Under the pieces are notes generated by a model. That model made no database searches, was not told where the DNA came from, and was given only the letters and a program-made list of their open reading frames with translations. 64,000 bases of DNA from Geothrix sp. Lineage in GTDB: Bacteria > Acidobacteriota > Holophagae > Holophagales > Holophagaceae. Position 1 is the first letter of the stretch. Every line of letters starts with the position of its first letter. This document shows positions 18,868 to 27,828 of the stretch, one piece after another. The position numbers and the translations under genes were made by a program. The stretch lies in NCBI GenBank assembly GCA_030824075.1, contig JAVBYJ010000024.1, forward strand, positions 8,685 to 72,684, in the 5' to 3' direction.

Positions 18868-19071
18868 TTAAGGAGTCTAAGCTCCTGAATACAGTATGAC
18901 CCCCCGGGCGGTGATGGCGGTCACGACCCCGGGCCGCCGTCATATCACGGCCGGTGTGCTTCGGTGGCGTGAGCGGCATAGCGGCTTCATCCCTGCGAAT
19001 GCCGTGGGCAGAAGGGCGCTTCGCGTCCGATCGCTGGAGGGGCTGGCTTGGAACAACCCGGAAAGCCCTGG

Positions 19072-20094
19072 TTATTTCGAAGTGGTCCCTAACGAAAGCG
19101 CCACTTCCCGGATCAGGGGTTCGGGGCTGAGGTTCCGGGGCAGGTGTCGCAGGGCCGTCAGGACCGCCTCCTGGGGTGCCTTCAGGTCCCAGGAAGCCGC
19201 GGCCGGGCCCATCAGGGTCTCCCGCCAGGGCACCAGGGCCGGGGCCTCCCCGGCACGCATCCGGGCCAAGTCCGCCAGCAGGCGCAGCAGCAGTTCCAGG
19301 GGCTGCCGCAGCTGCTCCCCCTGGGCCAGGGCGGATTCCTTCTCGGGCAGCAGGGGTTCGGCGGCCTCGCGGAAGGGCCGCCCGGCCATCAGGGCGATCC
19401 AGGCTTCCACCTGGGCCTCAGCCCGGCGGAAGGACGCCTCCTCCAGGAAGCGCAGGCTCCCCTCCCCCAGGGCGGACCAGCGGTCATGGTCGGCCTCCTC
19501 CCATCCGTTCCGCAGTGCCACGGCCCAGGCTTCCCGGGGGGCGAGGGGCGCGAAGGGAATGCGCTCGCAGCGGCTGCGGATGGTCTGGAGCAGGGCCTCG
19601 GGGCGATGGGTGACGAGGATGAAGTGCGTGTCCGGAGGCGGCTCTTCCAGGGTCTTGAGCAGGATGTTGCCGCTGGCTTCGTTGAGGCGGTGCGCCTCTT
19701 CCACCAGGATCCAGCGGTGGCACCCCACGGGCGGGGCCAGGGAGGCCCACTCGATGACCCCGCGGCTGAAGCGCGCCTGGTTGTTCGAGTCGAGGCCTTC
19801 ACGGATCTGATCGATGCGGATGACGCCAGCCTTGCCCTCGGGCGTGATACGCAGCAGGTTCGGCAGTTCGAAGGGCAGATCGTCCCCCGTGAACATCCGG
19901 CAGCCCTCGCACTGACCACAGGCATTGCGACGGAAGCAGAGCTCGCGCTGCGCCAATTCCAGGGCCACCCGGCGCTTGCCGATGCCCTCCGGTCCGGTGA
20001 AGAGCAGCGACCCGCGAATGCGGCCTTCCCGAAGCCGCTCGAGCAGACGCTGGCGGATGGTCTGATGGCCGGCGATGTCGGGAGAGAACATCAA
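19072..20094 (-). CDS. holB: DNA polymerase III subunit delta-prime
   Basis: AAA+ clamp-loader fold with Walker A-like GPEGIGKR, a zinc module (CGQCEGC) and an SRC motif (IRSRC). Confidence 0.8.
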   Translation of the reverse strand: MMFSPDIAGHQTIRQRLLERLREGRIRGSLLFTGPEGIGKRRVALELAQRELCFRRNACGQCEGCRMFTGDDLPFELPNLLRITPEGKAGVIRIDQIREGLDSNNQARFSRGVIEWASLAPPVGCHRWILVEEAHRLNEASGNILLKTLEEPPPDTHFILVTHRPEALLQTIRSRCERIPFAPLAPREAWAVALRNGWEEADHDRWSALGEGSLRFLEEASFRRAEAQVEAWIALMAGRPFREAAEPLLPEKESALAQGEQLRQPLELLLRLLADLARMRAGEAPALVPWRETLMGPAAASWDLKAPQEAVLTALRHLPRNLSPEPLIREVALSLGTTSK

Positions 20095-20756
20095 TCCACC
20101 CCGAACCCGGCGCTGCGCAGGAGCGGCGCCACCCGGGCCCAGATGGCCACCTCCACCTGGTCCACTGGATCCCGGGCCGGGATCACGACCACGCGGTTGG
20201 GGTGGTTCTGGGCGATGACCAGGAACCGGTTCCGCACGCGCCGGTGGAAGTCCAGCTCGGCCTCATCGAACCGTGTCTCAGCGAACTCGGTACCCAAGGA
20301 CAGGTTGCGGACCTCCACACGCTGAAGGGAGGCCTGGGGATCCATGTCGAGCAGCACGGTCAGGTGGGGTCGGAGCCCCCGCAGCACCAGGTCATTGAGC
20401 CGGTCCAGGGCGGATTCGGCGACGCCGCTGGCACCCTGGTAAGCGCGGGTGGAATCCTCGAAGCGATCCACCAGCAGGACCTTCCCCTCGGCCAGCGAAG
20501 GCCGGATCACCGTCTCCAGGTGCTGGGCCCGGTCCGCGTAGAACAACAGCAGTTCGGCATCCGCGCACCAGGTCTCGCCGCTGGCGTGGCGCTCGAGCAG
20601 CAGGCGGCGCAGCTCCCGTCCCAAGGCCGTGCCTCCGGGTTCCTTGGATACCACCAGGGGCAGGCCGAGACGCCGGAGCCGCTCGGAAAGGCGCAGCAGC
20701 TGGGTGGACTTCCCGGACCCCTCCACACCTTCGATGGTGATCAACACGCCCTGCAC
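20091..20756 (-). CDS. tmk: thymidylate kinase
   Basis: P-loop GVEGSGKST, DRF motif (VDRFEDS) and a LID region. Overlaps holB by 4 nt. Confidence 0.9.
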   Translation of the reverse strand: MQGVLITIEGVEGSGKSTQLLRLSERLRRLGLPLVVSKEPGGTALGRELRRLLLERHASGETWCADAELLLFYADRAQHLETVIRPSLAEGKVLLVDRFEDSTRAYQGASGVAESALDRLNDLVLRGLRPHLTVLLDMDPQASLQRVEVRNLSLGTEFAETRFDEAELDFHRRVRNRFLVIAQNHPNRVVVIPARDPVDQVEVAIWARVAPLLRSAGFGVD

Positions 20757-20845
20757 GGGACCTCCGTGATTCGAGGATACCCGGCCCGGCTGGACGACAG
20801 AGCCCGGACACGGTGCTATCCTGCTCGAAATACCAGGAGTTCCAG

Positions 20846-22030
20846 GTGGCCGAAGCGATCCATTGCCCGAGCTGCTCCACCCGCTACCGCCTTCGTCCCG
20901 AGCGGTTGAAGCCGGTGATTCGTCGCGCCAAGTGTTTTTCCTGCGGCGGCTTGTTTCCCGTCGGCGACATTGTGCAGCGCCTGCTGGCCCTGCCCGCCCA
21001 GGGTGCCACCGCGGAAGCCACGGTCGAGGACGCGGAGGGGATGCAGCACACTCCCCTCGATTCGGAGATCACGCCCCCTTCCCTGACCCTGGGCGACCTG
21101 GAGGGTGTGGAAGAGGAGATCCTCGAAAAGACGCTGGTGGTGGCCCCCACGGCCCTGCCGGAGGTCAAGGCCGAGGCCACGCCAGAACCCATCCTGGCCC
21201 CGCCCGAACCCATGGCCCTGCCTGAACCCACGGCTGCACCAGAACCTGCGCCCGCACCAGAACCTGTGGCCGTTCGGCCCGACTTTCCCCCTGAGATCAC
21301 GGAAACCACCCTCTCCGGCTACACCTCCGCCCGGGATGCCATCGACAAGCTCTTCGGTGGCGCCCCGGCGCGGTCCGCTGGGCCGAAGAGCCAGCAGGAC
21401 TCCAACGCCATGGACATGGAGGCCACCCTGTCCGCCCTGGAGTCCACCCTTGGCGGCGTCGTTCTCCCCACCTCCCCCTCCGTGGCCACCGGAACCCTCG
21501 GCGACAGCCCCACGGACTCGGGGGTGACGGGGGAGGATCTGGCCGGCCCATCCACCTCCACCGTCCGCCTGTCCCAGGCGGATCTGCTGGCGGCCCTGGC
21601 GGCCCCGGCCGCGCCAAGGAGCCCTTCCGTGGAGCCCACCGTGGCTCTGAATGCTTCCGATCTCTTCCCCTCCCCTGACAGGCGCGCCGAAGGGGCGGCA
21701 TCCTCCCCCTCCCGGACCTTCGCACCCGTGGCGGACACTCCGGATACCGGGGCCGAACTCCTGCGCCTGAAGATCGGTGAAGACATCTACGGAAGCCTGA
21801 CCATGCCGCAGCTGATCGCCTGGGTGGAGGAGGGACGCATCCTCGAAAGCCACCTGGTCGCTCGCCAGCACAGCGAAAACTGGCTGGAAGCCCAAAAGGT
21901 CCCAGGCCTGCGCCCAGTCTTCGAGCGCCTTCGCCGGGATCGAAGCGGGAGCTCGTTCAGCCTGGATTCCGGCATCGGTGACATTGCCCCCAAGAAGAGC
22001 CTCTTCGGCGGCCTGTTCGGAAAGAACTGA
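20846..22030 (+). CDS. zinc-ribbon (MJ0042-type) protein with a long Pro/Ala/Glu-rich linker and a C-terminal DUF4339/GYF-like domain
   Basis: CPSC...CFSC at the N-terminus, low-complexity middle, C-terminal IYGSLTMPQLIAWVEEGRI. GTG start inferred. Confidence 0.5.
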   Translation: MAEAIHCPSCSTRYRLRPERLKPVIRRAKCFSCGGLFPVGDIVQRLLALPAQGATAEATVEDAEGMQHTPLDSEITPPSLTLGDLEGVEEEILEKTLVVAPTALPEVKAEATPEPILAPPEPMALPEPTAAPEPAPAPEPVAVRPDFPPEITETTLSGYTSARDAIDKLFGGAPARSAGPKSQQDSNAMDMEATLSALESTLGGVVLPTSPSVATGTLGDSPTDSGVTGEDLAGPSTSTVRLSQADLLAALAAPAAPRSPSVEPTVALNASDLFPSPDRRAEGAASSPSRTFAPVADTPDTGAELLRLKIGEDIYGSLTMPQLIAWVEEGRILESHLVARQHSENWLEAQKVPGLRPVFERLRRDRSGSSFSLDSGIGDIAPKKSLFGGLFGKN

Positions 22031-22031
22031 T

Positions 22032-22517
22032 ATGCAGACCCTCCTTTTTGCCGCCCTCCTAGGCCTGGCCCAGGTTCCGGCCACGCCTCCCCCGGCCCCG
22101 ACGACGCCTGCCCAGACAACCCCGGCGACCCCGCTTTCCTTCTACTCCGAAAGCCACGCCTTCAGCTGGGACCGCGTCATCCCTCTGTCCGTCAACCTGG
22201 ATGGCTTGAAGGTCCAGAGCATCTTCTTCAACAAGCGCATGGTGCAACCAGGCTTCTTCAACCTCTTCAAGGGCGCCGAATTCGGCACCCGAGCCCAGGT
22301 CGAGGTCACCAATACGGGTACGTATCCCAAGGTTCCGGGCTTTGCCGTGGCGGTACTCGACAAGGACGGGCGCCTTTTGGGTGTGGCCTCCGGCGGCACC
22401 AAGGTTGGAACCATCAAGCCCGGCGAGACCGAGACCTTCGACCTGAATTTCACCCAGGTGAAAGAGCGCCTCGCTTCCGGCGACAGGTTCCTGCTGGCCA
22501 TCGAGCTCCGAAACTAG
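22032..22517 (+). CDS. secreted hypothetical protein
   Basis: Signal peptide MQTLLFAALLGLAQV; 161 aa with GC-rich third codon positions. Confidence 0.45.
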   Translation: MQTLLFAALLGLAQVPATPPPAPTTPAQTTPATPLSFYSESHAFSWDRVIPLSVNLDGLKVQSIFFNKRMVQPGFFNLFKGAEFGTRAQVEVTNTGTYPKVPGFAVAVLDKDGRLLGVASGGTKVGTIKPGETETFDLNFTQVKERLASGDRFLLAIELRN

Positions 22518-23518
22518 TTCGCTTCCTGCTCGCGGTAGTGCGCCAGCAGTTCGGCGGGAGTGGCCGTGGCGGTGCCGACCTTGGCGACCACCAGGCCCGC
22601 AGCGGCGTTGGCGAGCATCGCGGCTTCCCGCCAGTCGGCGCCAGCGGCGATGGCGGCGCTGAAAGCCGCGATGACCGTATCGCCCGCACCACTCACGTCG
22701 AAGATCTCCCGAGCCTCGGTCGGAATCATCCAGGGCGCGGTGTGATCGCCGTCCGGCGCGAAAAGGGCCATGCCCCGCTCACTGCGGGTCACCAGGAGGC
22801 CCTTCAAGCCAAGCTCAGCCATCAGGGTTCGACCCGCCACAGTCACTTCCATGTCTGACCTCGCGGGCCGACCGGTCAGCTCCGAGGTCTCCTTGGTGTT
22901 GGGTGTCATCGCCGTGGCGCCACGGTACAGCGCCTTGTGCGCGGGCTTGGGGTCCACGATCCAGGGCAGGTTCCGCGCCGCACAAAGCGCGCGCACCGCC
23001 TCCATCACGGGCTTGTTGACCGTGCCCTTGGCGTAGTCGGAGACGATTAGGGCCGAGGCCTCACTCAGGGCCCGCTCCAGGCGGTCCTGCAAGCCCAACA
23101 ACACGGCGGCATTGGGCGGTCCTGGCTCCTCCCGGTCAATGCGCAGCATCTGCTGCTGGTGTCCAATCACACGGGTCTTGATGATGGTGGGGCGCGAGGG
23201 ATCCAGCACCAGACCCGAGATGGACACGCCGAGTCCGCTCAGCAGACCCAGCACCCGGTCGCCCGCCGCATCCTTCTGGAGGGTGCCGATGAGCATGGGC
23301 ACCGTCCCCAGGGCCTTGAGGTTGGCCGCCACGTTGGCCGCGCCCCCGAGCACCGCCTGCTCCCGCAGCACCCGCAGGATGGGAACCGGCGCCTCCGGCG
23401 AGATGCGGTTCACCTCGCCAAAGAGGTATTCGTCCAGCATCACATCGCCCAGCACCGCCACCTTGCGGCCTTCCATGCGCCGAAGGAGCGATTCGGCCTG
23501 GGTACGGTCGAGCCTCAT
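22514..23518 (-). CDS. PfkB-family sugar kinase, probably D-glycero-beta-D-manno-heptose-7-phosphate kinase (HldE/RfaE domain I type)
   Basis: Ribokinase-like fold with the GAGD motif (DVSGAGDT), ~330 aa as for RfaE kinase domains. Confidence 0.6.
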   Translation of the reverse strand: MRLDRTQAESLLRRMEGRKVAVLGDVMLDEYLFGEVNRISPEAPVPILRVLREQAVLGGAANVAANLKALGTVPMLIGTLQKDAAGDRVLGLLSGLGVSISGLVLDPSRPTIIKTRVIGHQQQMLRIDREEPGPPNAAVLLGLQDRLERALSEASALIVSDYAKGTVNKPVMEAVRALCAARNLPWIVDPKPAHKALYRGATAMTPNTKETSELTGRPARSDMEVTVAGRTLMAELGLKGLLVTRSERGMALFAPDGDHTAPWMIPTEAREIFDVSGAGDTVIAAFSAAIAAGADWREAAMLANAAAGLVVAKVGTATATPAELLAHYREQEAN

Positions 23519-23600
23519 ATCCGCACCTCCTGTGCGGCCACCCTTCGGGCGGCTTCCACCCGCCTCAGGCTTGTGGAGATGGAGCCTCCCTGCTCCGGGC

Positions 23601-23768
23601 TCACAGGGGCACCTGCTTGGCCTGCTCGACCAGCATCACGGGGATGCCGTCCTCAATGGGATAGAGCAGCCCGCACCCCTGGCAGTGCAGGCCTTCTGGC
23701 TTTTCCACCACCTCACCGCGGCAGGCCGGGCAGCAGAGGATCTCGAGGAGGCGGGGGTCGAGGGGCAT
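23601..23768 (-). CDS. Trm112/YcaR-family small zinc-ribbon protein (55 aa), absent from the ORF track
   Basis: Reverse translation gives MPLDPRLLEILCCPACRGEVVEKPEGLHCQGCGLLYPIEDGIPVMLVEQAKQVPL. This shows the classic CPxC...C.GC plus IPV/ML Trm112 pattern. Confidence 0.6.
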   Translation of the reverse strand: MPLDPRLLEILCCPACRGEVVEKPEGLHCQGCGLLYPIEDGIPVMLVEQAKQVPL

Positions 23769-23901
23769 GGGGACAAGCTATCAGCTGTCAGCCGTCTGCT
23801 GTCAGCCGAAATCGCGGTCCCGCGGATATCGCTGCCTGGCGCGGTCGGGCGCTGTGCAGCCCGCCCTCCGGCCCTGGAGACAGCGGGTCATGCCATCGGA
23901 A

Positions 23902-24264
23902 TCAATGGTGACGCTGAGGTTCTGGGGTGAGGGCCTCGATGTCGAGCTCCCCAGTCCGAATGCGGATGACCCTTTCCAGGGAGCGAACGAAGATCTTGCC
24001 GTCCCCCACCTCGCCGGTGCGCGCGGCCTCCAGGATGGCCCGGACGGTGATATCCACGAAGGGTTCCGAAACGGCGATCTCAAGCTGAATCTTCTCGTGG
24101 AACTCGTACATCATCGTGGCGCCGCGGTAGGTTTCCAGGGAGGTCTTCTCGCCGCCGTGGCCCGCCACCCTGAGGATGGTCAGGCCGGTGACTTCGGCCG
24201 CGAAAAGGGCCGATTTCACCTCCTCGAGTTTCTCTGGTCGAATGATGGCCGTGATGAGCTTCAT
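23902..24264 (-). CDS. glnK: nitrogen regulatory protein P-II
   Basis: MKLITAIIRPEKLEEV...; T-loop with Tyr (ETYRG); operonic with amtB. Confidence 0.9.
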   Translation of the reverse strand: MKLITAIIRPEKLEEVKSALFAAEVTGLTILRVAGHGGEKTSLETYRGATMMYEFHEKIQLEIAVSEPFVDITVRAILEAARTGEVGDGKIFVRSLERVIRIRTGELDIEALTPEPQRHH

Positions 24265-25841
24265 GCCTTACCTCCAATGGACACGGATGCCTTCATGGGT
24301 TTGGGCAGGATCATCACGGGGGTGTTCACCGTGGATCCGTCGCCAGGATAGGCCGGAGCCGAGACCTCGTGGAAGTCGAGGCCGGCCATTTCCTGCTCGG
24401 GTGAAACGCGCATGCCAATGGTTTTGTCCAACACCTTGAAGAGCACGAAACTCGTCACCCCCACCCAGAGCACGTTGGCGCCGATGCCGATGAGCTGGGC
24501 GACGAGCTGCTTGCCGTCTCCGTAGAACAGGCCCGTGACGCCCGAGGCAGGGCCGTTCAGTCCCTGACCGTAAGTGCCGTCTGCCAGCAGGCCCAGGGCG
24601 ATGAGCCCCCAGGTGCCATTCACGCCATGGACCGCGATGGCCCCCACCGGATCGTCGATTTTCAGGGAGTTCTCGATGACGAGCGTCGCCACGACCACCA
24701 GGACGCCAGAAACGGCCCCGATGAGCACCGCGGAAGGGGCGGTGACGAAGGCGCAGGGTGCCGTGATGGCCACCAACCCTGCCAGCATCCCGTTCACGAC
24801 CATGGAGAGATCAGGCGCTCCGAACTTCTTCCAGGTGTAGACGTAGGCCAGCAGGGCACCGGAGGCAGAGGCCAGCATGGTATTGGTGGCCACCACGGCG
24901 ATGCGAAGGTCCGTGCCGGCCAGGGTGGAGCCTGCGTTGAATCCGAACCAGCCGAAGGCCAGGATCAAGCAGCCCAGCACGCCCATGGGCAAGTTGTGGC
25001 CCGGGATCGCCTGGGCCTTGCCCTTCACGTACTTCCCGATCCGGGGTCCGAGGACGATGGCCCCGGTGATGGCCATGACACCGCCCGTGAGGTGCACCAC
25101 GCCGGACCCGGCGAAGTCTACGTAGCCGTGGCCAAGGCCAAGGCTCTTGCCGAGGGTGGATAGCCAGCCGCCGCCCCAGGCCCAGCAGCCGAACACCGGG
25201 TAGATCAGGCCGGACGCCACGAGGGCGTACACGATGAAAGCCGACAACTTCCAGCGCTCGGCCATGGCCCCGGTGGGGATGGTCAGCGCCGTATCCATGA
25301 ACACCATCTGGAACAGGAACATGGCGAAGGCGGAGACGTCGTAGGCCGCGCCCGTGAGGAAGAATCCCGTGCCGCCGAAGAGCCCCCAGAGGTGGCCGTT
25401 GAGGGTGGGGCCAACGAGCTTTGACATGCCCTCAGGGGCACTGAGGGCCGCGCCCATGGGAGCGCCCGATCCACCCATCTGCAAGGCGTAACCCACCGCC
25501 CAGAAACCGAGGACGCCCAGGGCATACACCATGAAGTTCATCATCATGGTGTGGGCGGCGTTCTTGGCGCGGGTGAACCCCGTCTCCGCGAGGGCGAAGC
25601 CGGCTTGCATGAACATCACCAGGAATCCTGCGAACAGGACCCACACGAAATTGAGGGCCACGCGGGTTTGGCCCAGGGCAGCTCCGACTTCCTGCAGGGT
25701 CGGGGCGCCAGCGGACTGGGCCGGCACATTCTGGATGCCACCGGTGGCGCCGCCATTGGGATCGGCCGCGAAAAGCAGCGGGGAGATGGCCGCCAGGGCC
25801 ACGGCCACCGCGAGGGCCCTGAAAAGGATCCGCCGGTTCAT
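24261..25841 (-). CDS. amtB: ammonium transporter
   Basis: 11-12 TM Amt fold with signal peptide. Start at MNRRILFR; the longer upstream in-frame stretch looks non-coding. Confidence 0.9.
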   Translation of the reverse strand: MNRRILFRALAVAVALAAISPLLFAADPNGGATGGIQNVPAQSAGAPTLQEVGAALGQTRVALNFVWVLFAGFLVMFMQAGFALAETGFTRAKNAAHTMMMNFMVYALGVLGFWAVGYALQMGGSGAPMGAALSAPEGMSKLVGPTLNGHLWGLFGGTGFFLTGAAYDVSAFAMFLFQMVFMDTALTIPTGAMAERWKLSAFIVYALVASGLIYPVFGCWAWGGGWLSTLGKSLGLGHGYVDFAGSGVVHLTGGVMAITGAIVLGPRIGKYVKGKAQAIPGHNLPMGVLGCLILAFGWFGFNAGSTLAGTDLRIAVVATNTMLASASGALLAYVYTWKKFGAPDLSMVVNGMLAGLVAITAPCAFVTAPSAVLIGAVSGVLVVVATLVIENSLKIDDPVGAIAVHGVNGTWGLIALGLLADGTYGQGLNGPASGVTGLFYGDGKQLVAQLIGIGANVLWVGVTSFVLFKVLDKTIGMRVSPEQEMAGLDFHEVSAPAYPGDGSTVNTPVMILPKPMKASVSIGGKA

Positions 25842-25974
25842 GCGAGATCCTCCCTCGTCGTACCGGGGAACGAGGCGGTCCTCGCCCAGCGTGTCCGGTC
25901 TGCGCTGCAACCCATGGTTGCCTCCGATCCTCGAATCCAAGGGCCGGCCATCGGCCCCTCCTGCCCGGCTCATG

Positions 25975-25992
25975 AGCAGGGAGTGTGCCGGA
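25975..25992 (-). promoter_or_regulatory. sigma-54 (-24/-12) promoter for amtB-glnK
   Basis: Minus-strand sequence tccGGCACactccCTGCt: GG and GC separated by exactly 10 nt, matching TGGCAC-N5-TTGCA. Lies ~135 nt upstream of the amtB start; a ~130-bp AT-rich tract (26000..26128) lies upstream of it. Confidence 0.55.
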
Positions 25993-26128
25993 GGGAAGAA
26001 CGAACTTTATCGTTATTTAAAGCAATCAATTATTGAATTTAAATTAGATAAATAAACAAAATCGAAAACCCATCGATAGACAAAAATGTCGAATAGATAA
26101 AATTTTATTACATTATTGTTGCTTTATT

Positions 26129-27670
26129 TCACCCTCCGCGGAAACGCTCCGGTTCCAATCCGTACTTCTGGACCTTGTAGTTCAGGATGCGTTCGGTGGT
26201 CTGGAGGAGCCGGGCCGCGCGGGATCGATTTCCCCGGGCCGATTTCAGGGCGTCCTGCAGCAGGTCCCGCTCAAAGGCGGCCACCGCGTCTCCCAGCCCG
26301 GTTCCCGGAAGGGTGCCGGAAACCTCGGCGGTCTGGAGGGAGGGCGGGAGATGATGCGCGTGGATGACCCCGCCTTCGGACACAAGGATGGCCCGCTCGA
26401 TGGCGTTCTCCAGCTCCCGCACGTTGCCCGGCCAGTGGTAGGCCACCAGCATGTCGATGGCCGAGGTGGAGATGCGGCGCACGTCCTTGCCCTGGGCCGC
26501 GGCGATCTTCTCCACGAAGTGGTCCGCCAGCAGCAGGATGTCCGCCTGGCGCTCCCGCAGGGGCGGCATGAAGAGCTCGAAGACGTGCAGGCGGTAGTAG
26601 AGATCCTCCCGGAAGGTGCCCGCCTTCACCGCAGCCTCCAGGTCCCGATGCGTGGCGGCGATGAGGCGCACATCCACCTTCACGGGGCTCACCCCGCCGA
26701 GCCGCTCGAACTCCCGCTCCTGCAGCACCCGCAACAGCTTCACCTGGGTGGCGGGCGACAATTCGCCCACCTCGTCGAGGAAGAGCGTCCCGCCATGGGC
26801 CAGCTCGAACCGGCCCTTCTTCTGGTGCCGGGCATCCGTGAAGGCCCCCGGCTCGTAGCCGAACAACTCGGACTCGATAAGGGTCTCGGGCAGGGCCCCG
26901 CAGCTCACCTTCACGAAGGGCTTTCCGGCCCGGGGCGAATTGTAGTGGAGGGCATGGGCCGCCAGCTCCTTGCCGGTGCCGGACTCGCCGCGGATGAGCA
27001 CCGTGGTGCTGCTGGGCGCCGCCTGGGCCACCGCCTCGTAGACCCGCTGCATGGCGTGGCTGTGGCCGATGAGGTGGCGCAGGTCGTAGCGCTCCCGCAA
27101 CTCCAGGCGCAGCTGCTGGTTTTCCTCCACCAGCCGCTGACGGTCCGCCGCCACGAGCCGCGCCACCTTCATGGCGAGCCCCACCATGGCAGCGGCGATC
27201 TGCAGCAGCTTGGTGTCCCGGTCAAAATCGCGATGGCGGTCGTAGGGCACGGTGAGGCACAGGGTCCCCGCCGTCCGCCGATCCAGGAAGACCGGGATGC
27301 AGAAGAAGGACATGTCCGCCTTCTTCCGCTTCTGCTCTTTCAGCACCCCGGTCCGGTCGAGAAACAGGGGCTCCTGGCTGGCCTGGGGCACCACGATGGC
27401 CTTTCCACTGACCAGCACCCGACCATTGATGCCCTCCCCGGCCCGGTAGTGGGCCCGCTCCGTGGCCTGCCGCGACAACCCCCGCGCTGCCTCGATCCGA
27501 AGACCACTCCTGTCCTCGTCGGCCAGCAGAATGGCGCCGTTCAGCGCCCCGAAGGCCTCCGCCAGGATCTCCAGCACCCGCGGGAGCGCCGCGCGGATAT
27601 CAGAGGTCGCCAGCGCCTGGCTCAGCTCCAGCAGGGGAGAGAGGCTGAGAGCGTCTTCCGGGCTGGGCAT
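26129..27670 (-). CDS. sigma-54-dependent transcriptional activator with N-terminal GAF domain (NifA/FhlA-like architecture)
   Basis: GAF region, AAA+ sigma-54 interaction domain (GESGTGKE, GAFTDA-like, ESELFGYEPGAF) and a C-terminal Fis-type HTH. Confidence 0.85.
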   Translation of the reverse strand: MPSPEDALSLSPLLELSQALATSDIRAALPRVLEILAEAFGALNGAILLADEDRSGLRIEAARGLSRQATERAHYRAGEGINGRVLVSGKAIVVPQASQEPLFLDRTGVLKEQKRKKADMSFFCIPVFLDRRTAGTLCLTVPYDRHRDFDRDTKLLQIAAAMVGLAMKVARLVAADRQRLVEENQQLRLELRERYDLRHLIGHSHAMQRVYEAVAQAAPSSTTVLIRGESGTGKELAAHALHYNSPRAGKPFVKVSCGALPETLIESELFGYEPGAFTDARHQKKGRFELAHGGTLFLDEVGELSPATQVKLLRVLQEREFERLGGVSPVKVDVRLIAATHRDLEAAVKAGTFREDLYYRLHVFELFMPPLRERQADILLLADHFVEKIAAAQGKDVRRISTSAIDMLVAYHWPGNVRELENAIERAILVSEGGVIHAHHLPPSLQTAEVSGTLPGTGLGDAVAAFERDLLQDALKSARGNRSRAARLLQTTERILNYKVQKYGLEPERFRGG

Positions 27671-27828
27671 GGGTCACTCCGGGGAGGAGAATTACAAAAT
27701 TGTAACAATAAAATGAATGACCGACATTTTTGTTAAGCCCGGTATTCGTCCCTGTACCTCGCGAACCAGCCCGATCCGGCGGCTGGTGCCGGATCGGGCT
27801 GGTGAAAATCGCCAGGTTAAAGCTCGGA

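Noticed and set aside
18868-19071. 204-bp intergenic region checked for tRNA or SRP/4.5S RNA (often near dnaX/holB-type genes)
   Set aside because: No T-loop (GGTTCGAAT-like) or SRP domain IV (GGAAGGAAGCAGCC-like) motifs could be recognised.
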